Assembly (NCBI GenBank): GCA_950097015.1
Contig: CATNEN010000038.1
Location: 1,426,001-1,490,000, forward strand
Direction: 5' to 3'
Length of the DNA stretch: 64,000 bases
Source: Macrostomum hystrix
Taxonomy: Eukaryota; Animalia; Platyhelminthes
Below are positions 1 through 13,333 of the stretch, one piece after another. The position numbers and the translations under genes are program-made. The first letter of the stretch is position 1; every line of letters starts with the position of its first letter. The notes beneath the pieces are model-generated. The model worked only from the letters and a program-made list of their open reading frames with translations. It made no database searches and was not told the origin of the DNA.

Positions 1-150
1 CATTCTCTTGTTCTTCCCGACACTATATTTTAATATATTTCTTTACCGCCACTCTGATAGCGCTGTGCGCTTCCCATTGGCTGGCATTGAGGTTGACAAC
101 GATGGCATCTTACAAAGTTATTTCCAAGATCATTCAGTGAGATCCCCAAA

Positions 151-503
151 TCATTTAACAGCTTTACCCCAAATTATTTGACAGCAGATCCCTAAATCCT
201 TTGACAGCAGATCCCCAAATCCTTTGACAGCAGATCCCCAAATCCTTTGACAGCAGACCCCCAAATCCTTTGACAGCAGATCCCCAAATCCTTTGACAGC
301 AGATCCCCCAATCCTTTGACAGCAGATCCCTAAATCCTTTGACAGCAGTTCCCCAAATCCTTTGACAGCAGATCCCCCAATCCTTTGACAGCAGATCCCT
401 AAATCCTTTGACAGCAGTTCCCCAAATCCTTTGACAGCAGATCCCCAAATCCTTTGACAGCAGATCCCCAAATCCTTTGACAGCAGATCCCCAAATCCTT
501 TGA
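151..503. repeat. 23-bp minisatellite (TTTGACAGCAGATCCCCAAATCC)
   Basis: Direct tandem copies in the ABHD16A intron. Confidence 0.95.
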
Positions 504-566
504 TAGCAGTACCCGAGCCCACAATTAGCCGCTCAATGATCTTTCGCAAATCTCGTCTCCTCGCAG

Positions 567-2034
567 CTACCCGGGCCCCGTGAAGCTGATCAGGCGCACC
601 CAGGACGAGATGATCACCACTGGGCGGCCGGGCGATCTCGCGACCAACCGAGGCAACCAGCTACTGCTGGCCCTGCTGAAGCGGCGCTACCCGAATCTGT
701 TCGACTCTTCGTCCACTGCCTCGGGCACTCTGCTGGTCCTGACTGGCTTTCTGGCTAGAGGACAGAAGGTGAGTAATGAGCAGCTGCTTGTCGAGTCAAT
801 GATTTATTGGGTTTCTGATTGTCTAATGGGTGAGAGTGTTTCTGATTGTCTAATGGGTGAGAGTGTTTCTAATTATCTAATGGGTGAGAGTGTTTCTAAT
901 TATCTAATGGGTGAGAGTGTTTCTAATTGTCTAATGGGTGAGTGTGTTTCTAATTATCTAATGGGTGAGAGTGTTTCTAATTGTCTAATGGGTGAGAGTG
1001 TTTCTAATTATCTAATGGGTGAGAGTGTTTCTAATTGTCTAATGGGTGAGAGTGTTTTTAATTATCTAATGGGTGAGAGTGTTTCTAATTGTCTAATGGG
1101 TGAGAGTGTTTCTAATTATCTAATGGGTGAGTGTGTTTCTAATTGTCTAATGGGTGCGTGTGTTTCTAATTATCTAATGGGTGAGAGTGTTTCTAATTGT
1201 CTAATGGGTGAGAGTGTTTCTAATTATCTAATGGGTGAGAGTGTTTCTAATTGTCTAATGGGTGAGAGTGTTTTTAATTATCTAATGGGTGAGTGTGTTT
1301 CTAATTGTCTAATGGGTGAGAGTGTTTTTAATTATCTAATGGGTGAGAGTGTTTCTAATTGTCTAATGGGTGAGAGTGTTTCTAATTGTCTAATGGGTGA
1401 GAGTGTTTCTAATTATCTAATGGGTGAGTGTGTTTCTAATTGTCTAACTGTGAGAATGGCATTCCTGTCCGGACGCCCTTAGGCCCAGCTGGCTGAGTAC
1501 CTGGCCTCGGTTGGCTACATTGGCGACGCCGCCTGCCTGCGTCATCTGGCCGGCAGCAAGCGTCGCCGATTGAAACAGATCAATAATAATGATCAGCTCT
1601 ACCCGTTGGACATTGGCGCGGGCCTGAGCCAATCGGACCGAGTCAGCATTCTGCTCTTCTTGGTCAGTGATTTTCTAATTCATGTAGTCCATGTGAAAGT
1701 TTTAGTCTCATATTTACTACTTCCAATCGATAGTAGTATTTTTAGAGTGTACAATATATCTATTTTTTCAACTATCGCCTCCAAGCGTAGAGAATTACAC
1801 TGGCGAGTAAATTTCGTGCATTTCGTGCAGGTCGGCAAGCTGCTAGTGAACATGGAGTCCACACACTGCACCCCACTCACCCCGGGCCTCTTCACTCCGC
1901 CCTGGTCTGAGCTGACTGATCCAGGGCTTGCCGATAATCATCAGCAGCAGCTGGACGAAGACGGTCAATTGCTCATCTCGGATCCTTCAGTCGGACCTAG
2001 CAGCGAAAGTGACGCCTCCTGGGAACCGGTTTGA
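567..2034 (+). CDS. ABHD16A: ABHD16A-like phosphatidylserine lipase, last three exons (5' part lies upstream of the window)
   Basis: Exons 567-768, 1483-1662 and 1831-2034, with GT-AG boundaries and consistent phases. Translation YPGPVKLIRRTQDEMITT..NRGNQLLLALLKRRYP..YPLDIG..ESTHCTPL..PPW matches the ABHD16A C-terminus (GPVLLIRRTKDEII..NRGNDLLLKLLQHRYP..THCTPLP), including the catalytic Asp/His region. Confidence 0.9.
808..1447. repeat. 27-bp minisatellite (TCTAATTRTCTAATGGGTGAGAGTGTT)
   Basis: About 23 copies filling ABHD16A intron 769-1482. Confidence 0.95.
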
Positions 2035-2855
2035 ACTGGTTTTCATTTCTAATGGCTTTGAAAAGTTTTCAATTTGGTAGCCAGACAAGTTTTATTTTCC
2101 GTTTCTGCTTCACCGCTTGTTGTTGTGGAACTTTGTCTCTTGTTCCTGTTATTCGCTGCAGCTATTCTTCGTTTTATTGCTGGGACCGGCTAAGTATCTA
2201 ATTCGGTGTCTGATTTAGCAGCCGATATGTATCGAAAAATATGATTTCTAATTAAAAGGTGTGTGCGAACAAGTTGAATGGGTCTCAATATTGTGTCTAT
2301 GATTCCGATATGTATCGAACATTATGCAAGTGACCTGGCGGATTTATCTAATTTGTGCGAATATGCTATGCAACTAAATTTCCCTTTTTAATCTGCAGCA
2401 ATTTGTTTATCCTTTCGTTTTCTTGTTACTTTGTCTAGTATAATGCCTTGTATTAATAAACGATTTCATTTTTCTGAATCTACTACTAAAATAATTTAAT
2501 TTATCTCATTGCTTCTAGATGTTAGCTTTTCATTGTTTAAATTTTCTGAGGTGTTCTGAACTGGTCTTTGTTATTGCACGATTCCTTTTTTCTAGTTTTT
2601 CTAATTCTGTCTTTATGAGAAAAATAAAAAATACAATACGCAGTACGTGTGCTCTTCTGTGACAATAGATCAACTCATTTCTTTTAGATTCATCAAGGTA
2701 GAATTTCTGTTTGTTAACAATTTGTTACAACCATAATTGGTTCAAATAATATCAGAAAGGAGTAAATGTAGATAGCAGATTAGTTGGATCGCGACTAGAT
2801 AGATTTACGCGTATATTAAATGTGGGTGAATATCCGTCTGCCTATTCTGTGTGAA

Positions 2856-3118
2856 CCACCCAGAACAGACAGACACCACTCAGAACAGACAGACACCACC
2901 CAGAACAGACAGACACCACTCAGAACAGACAGACACCACTCAGAACAGACAGACACCACCCAGAACAGACAGACACCACTCAGAACAGACAGACACCACC
3001 CAGAACAGACAGACACCACCCAGAACAGACAGACACCACCCAGAACAGACAGACACCACTCAGAACAGACAGACACCACTCAGAACAGACAGACACCACT
3101 CAGAACAGACAGACACCG
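2856..3118. repeat. 20-bp minisatellite (CAGAACAGACAGACACCACY)
   Basis: About 13 copies, intergenic. Confidence 0.95.
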
Positions 3119-3637
3119 CTTGAGAGTGAGCACTATAGGGTTCTCTCATGGTCCACGATTGGCTTGCTATATGTCTTGCATGCATAAATTGTCAATAAAT
3201 GTATGGAATAGTAAGTTTTTACTATACTCTAATCTCAATGAGAATATTCTTGAAGAAAAAGGTCCAAATAATTGTGCAATTTTCCGTTGCTTGTATTTTT
3301 ATATAGATATCTATCATTGCTAACAGTTCTACTGTAAAAAAAACTTCACTTAAGCTCGATGAAAAAATGAAGGCAAATTTCTTAAAAAGCAGGTGCTAAA
3401 TATAGAAGCTAAAACTATCTTTCCTAATTTGAAGAAAAGTGGAACTGGGAATTGGTGAGTTGGAGAATAGAGGGTGGTGTATTTTGCGAAAGAAAAATAA
3501 CAGAAATTTAGCGAAAGCTTTGAACTCGCCACTGATGGCTGGCAGTGGACAACTGAGAGTTTAGCCTCAAATAAACGAAGTCAAATTGAACTTATAAGCT
3601 TCGCCAAAATGCTGACGTCGGTTAGATTCAGCTTCGT

Positions 3638-6618
3638 CTACGGCTTCTTGTTGAGCGCTGCCCGCTCTGCATCTGACGGTGATTCGGCTGCCGGCGTGAA
3701 CCCTCGGCCGTACAGGTTTTGCATGCGACTGTCCTGTTGTTTCACTTCACGATCTGACTTACAGGGCAGTTCTCCTTTTGCAAGCGAAGCATTACCGGTG
3801 GCGGAAGAATTGTCGTTCTGACAGGTAGGTAGATGAGAGTTTTTGCCGTTAGACGAGACAGCTCAAACGGTTCGGGGTGACAATGAAGGCTTTGGAGTGA
3901 CATTTAAAGTCATAATAAGTCAAGGGTACGGATATGGAGGTTCTGAGTGACAGAAGGCAAAGGTCCAGAGTGACAGAAGCCAAAGGTCCAGAGTGATAGA
4001 AGCCATATGTCCAGAGTGACAGAAGCCAAAGGTCCAGAGTGACAGAAGCCAAAGGTCCAGAGTGACAGAAGCCAAAGGTCCAGAGTGACAGAAGCCAAAG
4101 GTCCAGAGTGACAGAAGCCAAAGGACCAGAGTGATAGAAGCCATATGTCCAGAGTGATAGAAGCCATATGTCCAGAGTGACAGAAGCCAAAGGTCCAGAG
4201 TGACAGAAGCCAAAGGTCCAGAGTGACAGAAGCCATATGTCCAGAGTGACAGAAGCCAAAGGTCCAGAGTGACAGAAGCCAAAGGACCAGAGTGATAGAA
4301 GCCATATGTCCAGAGTGATAGAAGCCATATGTCCAGAGTGACAGAAGCCAAAGGTCCAGAGTGACAGAAGCCAAAGGTCCAGAGTGAAAAAAGCCAAAGG
4401 ACCAGAGTGACAGAAGCCAAAGGTCCAGAGTGACAGAAGCCATATGTCCAGAGTGACAGAAGCCAAAGGTCCAGAGTGAAAAAAAGCCAAAGGACCAGAG
4501 TGACAGAAGCAAAGGGTCCAGAGTGAGAGCCCAAACCGGTTAAGAGTGCCCACCTGTATTTTCCCCAGCCCCAGCCATGTTTTCCAGCCAGCGGTCCTGT
4601 CCTTGTCCGGCATTTCATCCAGGTAGTTACTGTCTCGAAAATCCGAGTGCTGCTTTTTTCCAAGCCCCAGCGAGCTGACAGGCTTGAGCTCGTCTCCATT
4701 ATGATCCAGCATTTTTTGCAGCCCTTTGTCGTGGCCAGTTGGACCGTCCATAAAGTCCTTCGCCTCGTCCTTCTCGGCCAGAAGCTCCGCGTCGTTCGGC
4801 ACGCCCGAGAACAGCAGGACCATCAGTAGGGCGCTCAGCGCGGCGCAGGCAACTCCGAGGAGCTGGGCGAGAAGCAGCGTGGACATTTCGATCGGTGTCA
4901 AGGAACTCCAAATGGATTCCGAATGGGACACTTGCAAATTCCAGTGCTTTCTAGGAAGCGACTTGAGTATTAAAAAGTGGACTCCCCTTTAACCGATTCA
5001 AATTTGCTATTCGTGGCGATTCCTATGGGATTCCATGAGATTAATTTGGGATTTCAGTTTATTCCAATGGGATTTCAGTCTATTCGAATGGGATTTCAGT
5101 CTATTCGAATGGGATTTTAGTCTATTATAATGGGATTTCAGTCTATTCGAATGGGAGTTTAGTCTATTATTACAATGGGATTTCAGTCTATTCGAATGGG
5201 ATTTTAGTCTGTTCCAATGGGATTTCAGTCTGTTCGAATGGGATTTCAGTCTATTCTAATGGCATTTTAGTCTATTAAAATGGGATTTCAGTCTATTCCA
5301 ATGGGATTTCAGTTTATGCCAATGGGATTTCAGTCTATGAAAATGGGATTTTAGTTAATCGAAGTGGGATTTGAGCCGATTCCAATGGGATTTTAATTTC
5401 TTCCGATGGGATTTTCCGTTGATTCAAATGGGATTCGATTCCAATCTGAATCCAGGTGATTCAATAGGGGGTTTGCGATGTATGGCCCCCAGCTCACGCA
5501 GACAACGTAGCCGTGACCCAGGAGGCCGTCGAAGCCGGCCAGCTTGTCCACGGCCTGTTGGCAGGTCACCTTCCACGCATTGGTTGCTGAGCAATTGCCG
5601 CTCAGCTGACCGCAGCAGCTGCTGGGCAGATTCCGGCCCCAGGCCCTGAAATCACCAGCTCCTTTGGACAGGCCGCAGCAGCCGCTGTGCAGGTGAATCT
5701 GGCTGACGTACCTCTCGTCACCAGTCAGTTCGAAGGCGCGGAAGTAGCGCTTCAGGTTTGACTGCATGGCCTGAGACAGGAAAGGGAAGCTTGCCTCCAA
5801 TACTTCTCCGGTTGATCCCGCTAGAATCCCAACTCTATCCCACTAGAATCCCAACTCTATCCTACTAGAATCCCAACACGATCCCACTAGAATCCCAACA
5901 CGATCGCACTAGAATCCCAACTCTATCCCACTAGAATCCCAACTCTATCCCACTAGAATCCCAACTCTATCCCACTAGAATCCCAAATCGATCCCACTAG
6001 AATCCCAACTCTATCCCACTAGAATCCCAAATCGATCCCACTAGAATCCCAACTCTATCCTACTAGAATCCAAAATCAATCTCGTCAATAAATCCCACTG
6101 AAGTCACACCTGAAATCCCAGTTTGTGTTTTCCAAATCCCTGTCGAGAACTTCGGCTTTCCTAATTCAACCAAGCGACGTCAGCATCGCTACCTTGGTGA
6201 TTTCAGCAATCCTGGGCTTGACCACGGCCATCAGCGCCGCGATGAAGGCGATGGCGGCTGCTCCAGACAAGGCGGCCCCTGTGACCGCGTGCACTCGCCG
6301 TCTGCCGGACACCGCGCATATCGCCACGGCACCGATGTTGACCGTGCCGTAGCCAATGGCTGCCAGCACCTTGAACACCCTCAGCATGTTGTCATCGGAC
6401 AGGTTGGCGGGCACCTTCAGCAGGTCGGCGGTTCGCAGCAGTTCCAGTGGCACCAAATCCATGTGTCCAGCGGAGCCAGTGCAGAATAGCAGGCCGCCGA
6501 GGCTGACGACGGCGATTGTGGTCAACAGGATGATGCCACGGAGGCCTGGCTGCTCGGAGCTGTATCGCTGCTCCACGCTGCCCTTGTCCGGCTTATTGTC
6601 GAAGTTGTCAGCAAACAT
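3638..6618 (-). CDS. Tetraspanin-like protein with long C-terminal tail (~423 aa)
   Basis: Exons 6618-6193 (TM1-3), 5770-5498 (EC2 with GCCG, PSSCC and further Cys), ~4946-4554 (TM4 STLLLAQLLGVACAALSALLMVLLF plus tail) and 3817-3638 (stop TAG). All introns are phase 0 and GT-AG. The exon 3 acceptor is the least certain. Confidence 0.75.
3944..4525. repeat. 23-bp minisatellite (CCAGAGTGACAGAAGCCAAAGGT)
   Basis: Tandem copies in tetraspanin intron 3. Confidence 0.95.
5040..5450. repeat. Degenerate ~21-bp minisatellite (AATGGGATTTCAGTCTATTCG)
   Basis: Tetraspanin intron 2. Confidence 0.9.
5815..6070. repeat. 22-bp minisatellite (CCACTAGAATCCCAACTCTATC)
   Basis: Tetraspanin intron 1. Confidence 0.92.
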
Positions 6619-7134
6619 GTTCGAAAATCGCAGCTTTTTTAATATCAAATTTAGCTCTTAGATTTGCCAAACTAGGCCCAGCAGCAAAAACTAGACCATA
6701 GACTGGAAGTATTTTTCGCTGAACTTAGCGCTAATAAGCCCTGCAGTTAATTATGAACCGTTTATTTGATGTTTTAACTACAAGTACTACGAAGTAGGAC
6801 TATTCTCAATTTAGAAGATTTTAACGCGAAACATTATGGAGACAACTCCATAAGTTATGGAGTGAGATGGAGAGCGGAAGATTGGGAGAAGTAGAGTGGG
6901 AGAAAGAGAGAGGGAGAAGGAGAGGTTGAGAAGGAGAGGCAGAGAAGGGGAGGGAGAGAAGGGGAGGCAGAGAAGGAGAGGGAGAGAAGGAGTGGGAGAG
7001 AAGGAGAGGTAGAATAGAGGTAGAAGAGGGACACACGGAACAAAGACCAGTAAAGTAATTGAAAGCAAAACACTTATGAAAGAGCAGAAATGTGGCGCAT
7101 CGTTTTTCAATCAGTCCGCGAAGGCGTCGCGCTG

Positions 7135-10100
7135 TCACAGCTTCGTCATGCTGCTGCCCTTCGGCAACACCCCATTGCTTGGTTTTGGCTGCTTTGATTT
7201 AGACGCCTTTGACGATTTCGTAGATTTTGACGGCTTAGCCGAGGGCTGAATGATCATGTGCGGCAGGCTGCCCGACCTTGTCAGCTGGGGTGACGACGGC
7301 TCGGAGTTGGCAGCTAAACTGGCTGAAGCCGTCGAGTTCAGCGAACTCGTGGATGTGCAGGACTGCTGCTTGTTGAGTGGCCGCGGAGGTCGGCTCTGCC
7401 CTGACCGCGGCAGGCCCGTCGACGATGCGGGCCTCTCGCCCGTTGAAAGCTTCGCCCCGGCGCGCCGCAGGAGGGCGCCTCCGGCCAGCTCGGCGGAGAG
7501 AAGCCAGTCCGAGCCGCGGCCCTGCAGCCGTTTGAACAGGGCCTTCCGCAGCTGGCGCTCCGTCTGCTCCGCGCTGCCGAACTTGTCGTGCGCGTGAACT
7601 CCGGTGAAGTCGAAGGAGCGCAGGAATTCGGCCACCTGCGGGGAGATGACAAGAGAATGATGGGATCTGTGGCATCTGCATGAGGGAATCTGTGGAATCT
7701 GAGGGGATTTGTGGCATCTGAGGGGATCTGTGGCATCTGAGGGGATCTGTGGCATCTGAGGGGATTTGTGGCATCTGAGGGGATCTGTGGCATTTGAGGG
7801 GATCTGTGGCATCTGAGGGGATCTGTGGCATCTGAGGGGTTTGTGGCATCTGAGGGGATTTGTGGCATCTGAGGGCCCACCTGAGCTTCCTCAGCTTCGC
7901 CGCTGTCTGTCAGCCCGCCGGGGAAGATGCTGTCCTCCGCTCCGCCGATCTTCACCGACGCCTTCAGGTTGGAGTTAAGGATGTCGGACATTGGCACGTC
8001 GGCCCTGTCCTTGCCCATGGGATTCAGCAGGCACATGCCGATCTTGAACCAGCCTGAGGAAATTTACCGCGCCATAATTTACCGTCTTTGCGAAAACGCT
8101 TAAAAGTAGCGAAAAAATATCCTTAAAAGTCGGCTTTCAATCTTTAATTCGTTAATCCAAGTAACTTCTATTTCACAAGTTTAACTTCATAAAGCAAAAA
8201 GAACCTGTACATTTTATTTTTAAATCATCTAGTTCTAAAAAATTCACTTTCTAGCCATTCCAAATTGCGTTATAATTTATTCTAATCGTTTATTGTAGTT
8301 AAACCGTCAAAATATTTAAATTAAAAAATTATTCTTGGCATTTGATCTTCTTGATTCGCCGAAATATCATCTAAGTGAAATTTGATGAAAATCGTTGAAA
8401 ATGCTGTAATATAAAAATCCACAGCTCTTAATGGATGAATTCCGAATATTTATTTTTATCCGTCTTCAGCTTTTCCTCATCCGTTTTTTGCCCAGTTATC
8501 ATAACAAGTGTTCTGGGAAACTTTTTTACTGCAGGTTGTTCATGGATAAAAGTGCATCGCTATCGCCAAGGTCCCTGAGCTCGATTCCGCGGCGAAGCCA
8601 CATGCTTTTGGGGCCCAGCCGCGGAGAGAAGGCTTGGGGCTTGTCGTGCAATTTACGTGAGGGCCGACCTCCAAAGCGGAGTAAGAGTGTACACTGCCTG
8701 ATCAGAAAATCAGAGCAGTTGTACACACACCTGTGTGAGAGTGTGCCTGTGTACGGTATCTGTGTGCGTGTGTGCTCAGGCGTCAGCGAAATAAACAGAA
8801 CTGCAGAATTGCCTCCTCGCTGGCTGCGGGTCTAGTGTTGTAGCGAAAATCGTGAGTTATTATTAGCCAATCCTGTTCTCTGTTCACCCGTGTGGTAATT
8901 AATATATTTTTTCTTACCCGTTTATCTGCCAGCCCAGCCCTTTCTATCTATTATCGATTTTCCCCCGTGTCCCTTTCATCTCTGTCTCCCTCCAGTCTAG
9001 CGTCAGCACCAACTTTGTTTTCCTTCCCCCTGCGCGCGTTATCGCCTGTTAACCCCATTGTACATCCCCCAGGGTTTTCATACCCTAATTTGTCTCTCCT
9101 CGCTGTCGAACCCCCTTTCTGCCCTAGCCTTTCAAATAATATAATATTCAGAAAGGCCCGAGGCAAGGCCGACATGTTTTGTTTTTACTGACCTAATGAC
9201 TCAAAGTATTAACAGACTTAATTTTTTCTACAAGTGTTATTAACTTTTTTTAGTATCGCAAAACCTGCATCGCCAACTACTTACTTTTGTTCATCACTTA
9301 ATTAGCTTCAATTCAAGCGTTAAATCGTTAAATTTTAGTAGTATTCGTTAAATTGGTAAATCGTTTGTTCCGTTACTCGGAAACTGCAAATCATTTTAAC
9401 GATTATCGCATCGCACCGCGGCTCACCAAGGTAGAAGATAAACTCCAGGCTGCCAATCACTGGCAGGTAGGACAGCAGGCTCAGACCGACAGATCGAGGC
9501 AGGGTGCCATTGCCAGCCGAATAAGCCTCCAGTAGAATGTCGGAGTCAACCAGTTGAGTTGAGATGAGAGTCGAGCCCAGGAACAGGTAGACAGCGGTGA
9601 CAGCTACCTGGGTGTACACCAGCGGTATGTTAAACTCCGAGTACATCCACACGGTGCCCAGGTCACCTCGAAAATTATTGATGATGTTCACCAGGAACAG
9701 GAACTGGCGTTCGTCGGCTATGCAGCCTGGAGGAGACGGTGAGACTGATATAAAGCTAGCCTGAACTGACCTATGATTGTCTTGATTTCTTATGCAACAA
9801 ATTGAGTCCTCGCAGTATGAGCCCGTTCATACGGCTGTGAGCCAATTCAGGCCGAGAGTCAAAATTTATTTAAGTTTAACAGAGCGATAAGGAAGGGGGG
9901 TTGGCGGTACGATAACAAGAGTGCACGACTGAGGGTAGGAGAGGAGGCTAGAACGTGAGCGGCGGACCAATCAGAGAGGAGGAAAGAAAGAAAGGATAGG
10001 GAATGAGAGACCAGCCGCAGAGATAACGAGAGAGAAAGAACTAGATTGAACTGGACGATGTAAACAAGAAAAGTGCAGAGAACGAAAGAGTGAATAGAGG

Positions 10101-12206
10101 ACAGAAGGCAGAGACGAAAGTCGCGACAATGATGTACGGAGGCTGGGAAATATTTAGTAAAATACTGACCTAGTCTAATCTGAGAGAGTTTATCAACTAT
10201 CAAAAACCGACCACTATTCGAGATTGTTTAAAGCCTGGTCAATTACTAAACTTAACTGACCTAAATTTACCTAAACTGATCTTAACATACCTAAACTTAC
10301 CTTAACTAACTTAACATAATCTACGCCGACCTAAAATAATCTAAACTGACCTAAATTAATCTTAACTGTTCTAAATTAATCTTAACTGTTCTAAATGTAC
10401 GTAAACTAAACTTAACATACCTAAACTTTTCTTAACTGATCTAAACTAATCTAAACTGACCTTAATTGACCTAAACTGACCTAAACTGACCTTGAATTTA
10501 CCTAAGCTGACCTTTAATGGGCACTTAAAATAACTCAAGCAAAGCATAAGGTAGATAACAAATTAAATATCACAAAGGAAGTCGACACATCTCAAACAGA
10601 CTAGAATTGAGCTAATTATTAGGCTAAATTGGCTTGAAACTAACTAAAAATACGGACCATACAACCCAATCACAACCCAATTAGTTGCCATAGCAACGGA
10701 CAGCTCCCAAACCAACCTATATTCCTCGCCCTCCGGATCAGGCGGGTGGCCCACATCAGCGGCAGCCAGTACTCGGGCTCGTAGGAGTGCTGATTCTCGT
10801 TGGACAACTCGGCCGAGCGCGCGAAAGCCAGCATCTCATTGTCGGTGATGAGCTGGCCAAAGTACTTTTGCACTTTGTTATCCGAGTTTATCAGCTGCAG
10901 CCGGCGCTGCCAGTTGAGTTTGAACTTTTTCCGTTTCGGCTGCCAGTAGCCGAAGCGCTCCTTGATGTGCAGCGACACGCCGGCCATCATGAGGATCCAG
11001 GACAGGTTCAGGTACCTCAGCACAGTGATCCGCAGCTTCCTGGCCAGGTCGCTGCGACTTGTCTTCGGACTGTCCAGCAGGGCTTGGCAATAGAATGAGG
11101 ACGAATGCAGCCAAGGGATGGCGCTGCAGACGGACCACCAGCTGTAAATTTCGCGTTTGGTTGTACTTTAAATACGCTTTAAATTTACTTTGTATACTTT
11201 CCAATATGTACTTCCAAATGTGTACTTTATATATGTACTTTTACATGTACTTTAAATGTGTACTTTGAATTTTTTTTCTTAACCATAATAGTATTGCGTC
11301 AAGATTTTGAATCGCAGGCAAAATGAATGGAATCTGAATAGGATTTCCAGTGGGAACTTTGTAGGAACTCAATGCGACTTGGATCGGGGTCTTTTATGCG
11401 ATCAGAATGAGCGTTTTGTGGGATCTTAATTAGATCGAAACGGGGATTTTTAGCGGGACCTGAATAAAGCCTGATTGGGATCTTTCATGGAGTCTTTATT
11501 GTAGGATATTAATGGGCTCTTTAGCAGGGATCTGAATGGGATCTTTAGTAGGGATCTGAATGGGATCTTTAGTAGGGATCTGAATGGGATCTTTAGTAGG
11601 GATCTGAATGGGATTTTTAAAGGGGATCTTTTTGGATCTTTGTAGGAGCTGAACGTGATTTGAATAGAAACTTTTGTGGGATTTGAATGGGATCTAAATG
11701 GGATCTATGTTAACTCCAAGTCAGAAGAAGTTTTTTATTAAAGCAGTGCGTGTACCTCCATCATGGTTGTTTTTGATCTGCGAAAGGTCTGATTGAAATG
11801 TTTGTGTACAGTCTTTGTGTGATATAAACTATAACTCTGTGACTGCTAAATCATCTTATCAAGAAATAAATATTGTGCCTACTTCACGCAAGCAAAGCAG
11901 CGAATTACAAGTTACTATCACTCACCGGCCGAACACAGTCGACACGAAGAAGCCAAGCATGAAGGACAGGGGCACCGAGGTTCGAATCGCTTTCAGCCAC
12001 GCGACAGTGACCTCAAATGTGGCCTTTAGCTCCGCGTGCGGGTACAGTACATTCAGGTACATCACAGCCAAGCCCAGGTACATGAGGGTGAAGATCAGGT
12101 AGTCAATCCACAGGAGTTGCCAGACACTACCGGCCCAGCGGAACAGAAGCTTCACAAAGAACAGACGATCGTCTGTGTAGATCTGAGACGCATAGCTCAC
12201 CGCCAT
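7135..12206 (-). CDS. Bestrophin family anion channel, paralog A (~559 aa)
   Basis: Exons 12206-11926, 11141-10717, 9726-9427, 8053-7881 and 7635-7135. Motifs: KLLFRWxGS, VPLSFMLGFFVS..RWW, RYLNLS, IPLVYTQV, GWFKIG..LNPMG. Confidence 0.93.
7660..7875. repeat. 19-bp minisatellite (GAGGGGATCTGTGGCATCT)
   Basis: Fills bestrophin A intron 4. Confidence 0.95.
8565..8835 (+). mobile_element. SINE-like interspersed repeat, family A (5'-truncated), in bestrophin A intron 3
   Basis: Shares ccaaggtc(c)ctgagctcgattcc..gagagaaggc..ggcttgtcgtgcaattta with 17077-17165, and gagtgtacactgcctga..gtgtgctcagg..cagcgaaat..ttgcctcctcgctggctgcgggtc with 42345-42490. Confidence 0.7.
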
Positions 12207-13333
12207 TGTGTCTGGGGAGTTTCACTGCTGAACTTTCTGGTGATTTGAGCTGCATCGGCTTAAGTCAGTCTGCTTTTATATTCGAGTTGAATTTGCTTAC
12301 AATTCATTCTCATTCCTAGAAACAGTTGCCTACGTTCGGCTTGAGCCTGTCCTGTGCTTATCGGTAGTGTTTTCGTCAACTGTCACTTGTAGCTGCGCTG
12401 ACAGTGTGAACTTGTCTAGCCTTTATTTTTCTTTTCGAGCTTAATTTCTTCATTCATTTTTTGCTTATCAACTTTCGAAATCTTTCACTATTATGGAAAA
12501 CTGTAAGATGATAAGCAGGCCAACAACTCGAAAATTTTTTGCTTTCAGAGTTACGAGAACTGCAATATTTTCTGCTGACTCAAAATGTTACGAAAAACAA
12601 ACCGGTTTTCATGCGCTTATAATTGAGGTCACGAAAGTTACAGAACTGTGACACAATTTCAACGGTTGTGACACAATTTCAACGGTTGTGACACAATTTC
12701 AACGGTTGGGACAATAATTTGACGACTGGGACACAGTTTTTATGAACTGGACGAAGACTAACAGTAGAAAGACGAATTAGGGGGAGTTTCAAAAACCAAA
12801 TATTTTTTTGCTAGCAATGTCAACAAACAACACCAGTTTGTGCTAGCACCAACAAGCCCCCAGTATGTGTCGTGTCTCATGGAGCACAGGTCTACGACAG
12901 AAATGACTCACTAAATCCCAATTTGCCACGACGTGAATTGATCTTCCAAAACAAAATCCCTAAGATTAGGACCACGTGTGCTCAAGCCTTAAGGATTAAG
13001 AGATTGGGCTAGTCTAAATCCTCAGATTTAAGGGACAGGTTTTAGCTGATCGCCATTGCCAGGTGGAGGCTGAAACACTTGGCACAGCTGGCAGCAGCAG
13101 AACATTGGGAAAACAAAACACTCGAATCGTTGAATAGATTCTCATCCCGCACCCCCCAAGAGACTACGTGGCTGCAGCAGCTGCTGGCCTGACAGCAGAC
13201 AACAGGTCGCCACGTGGCGGTCCGGGGTCTTGGGGCTAACGGCACGCAGTGCATAAAAGGCCGAGCTCAAGCAAGCACAGCTCACCGACCAAATCGTATT
13301 TCCCAATCAACACTTCGCTAGCAAGTGAACACA

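Noticed and set aside
4554-4886. Stand-alone neuropeptide precursor gene
   Set aside because: The apparent signal peptide is better explained as the missing TM4 of the upstream tetraspanin exons. It is kept only as a side hypothesis.
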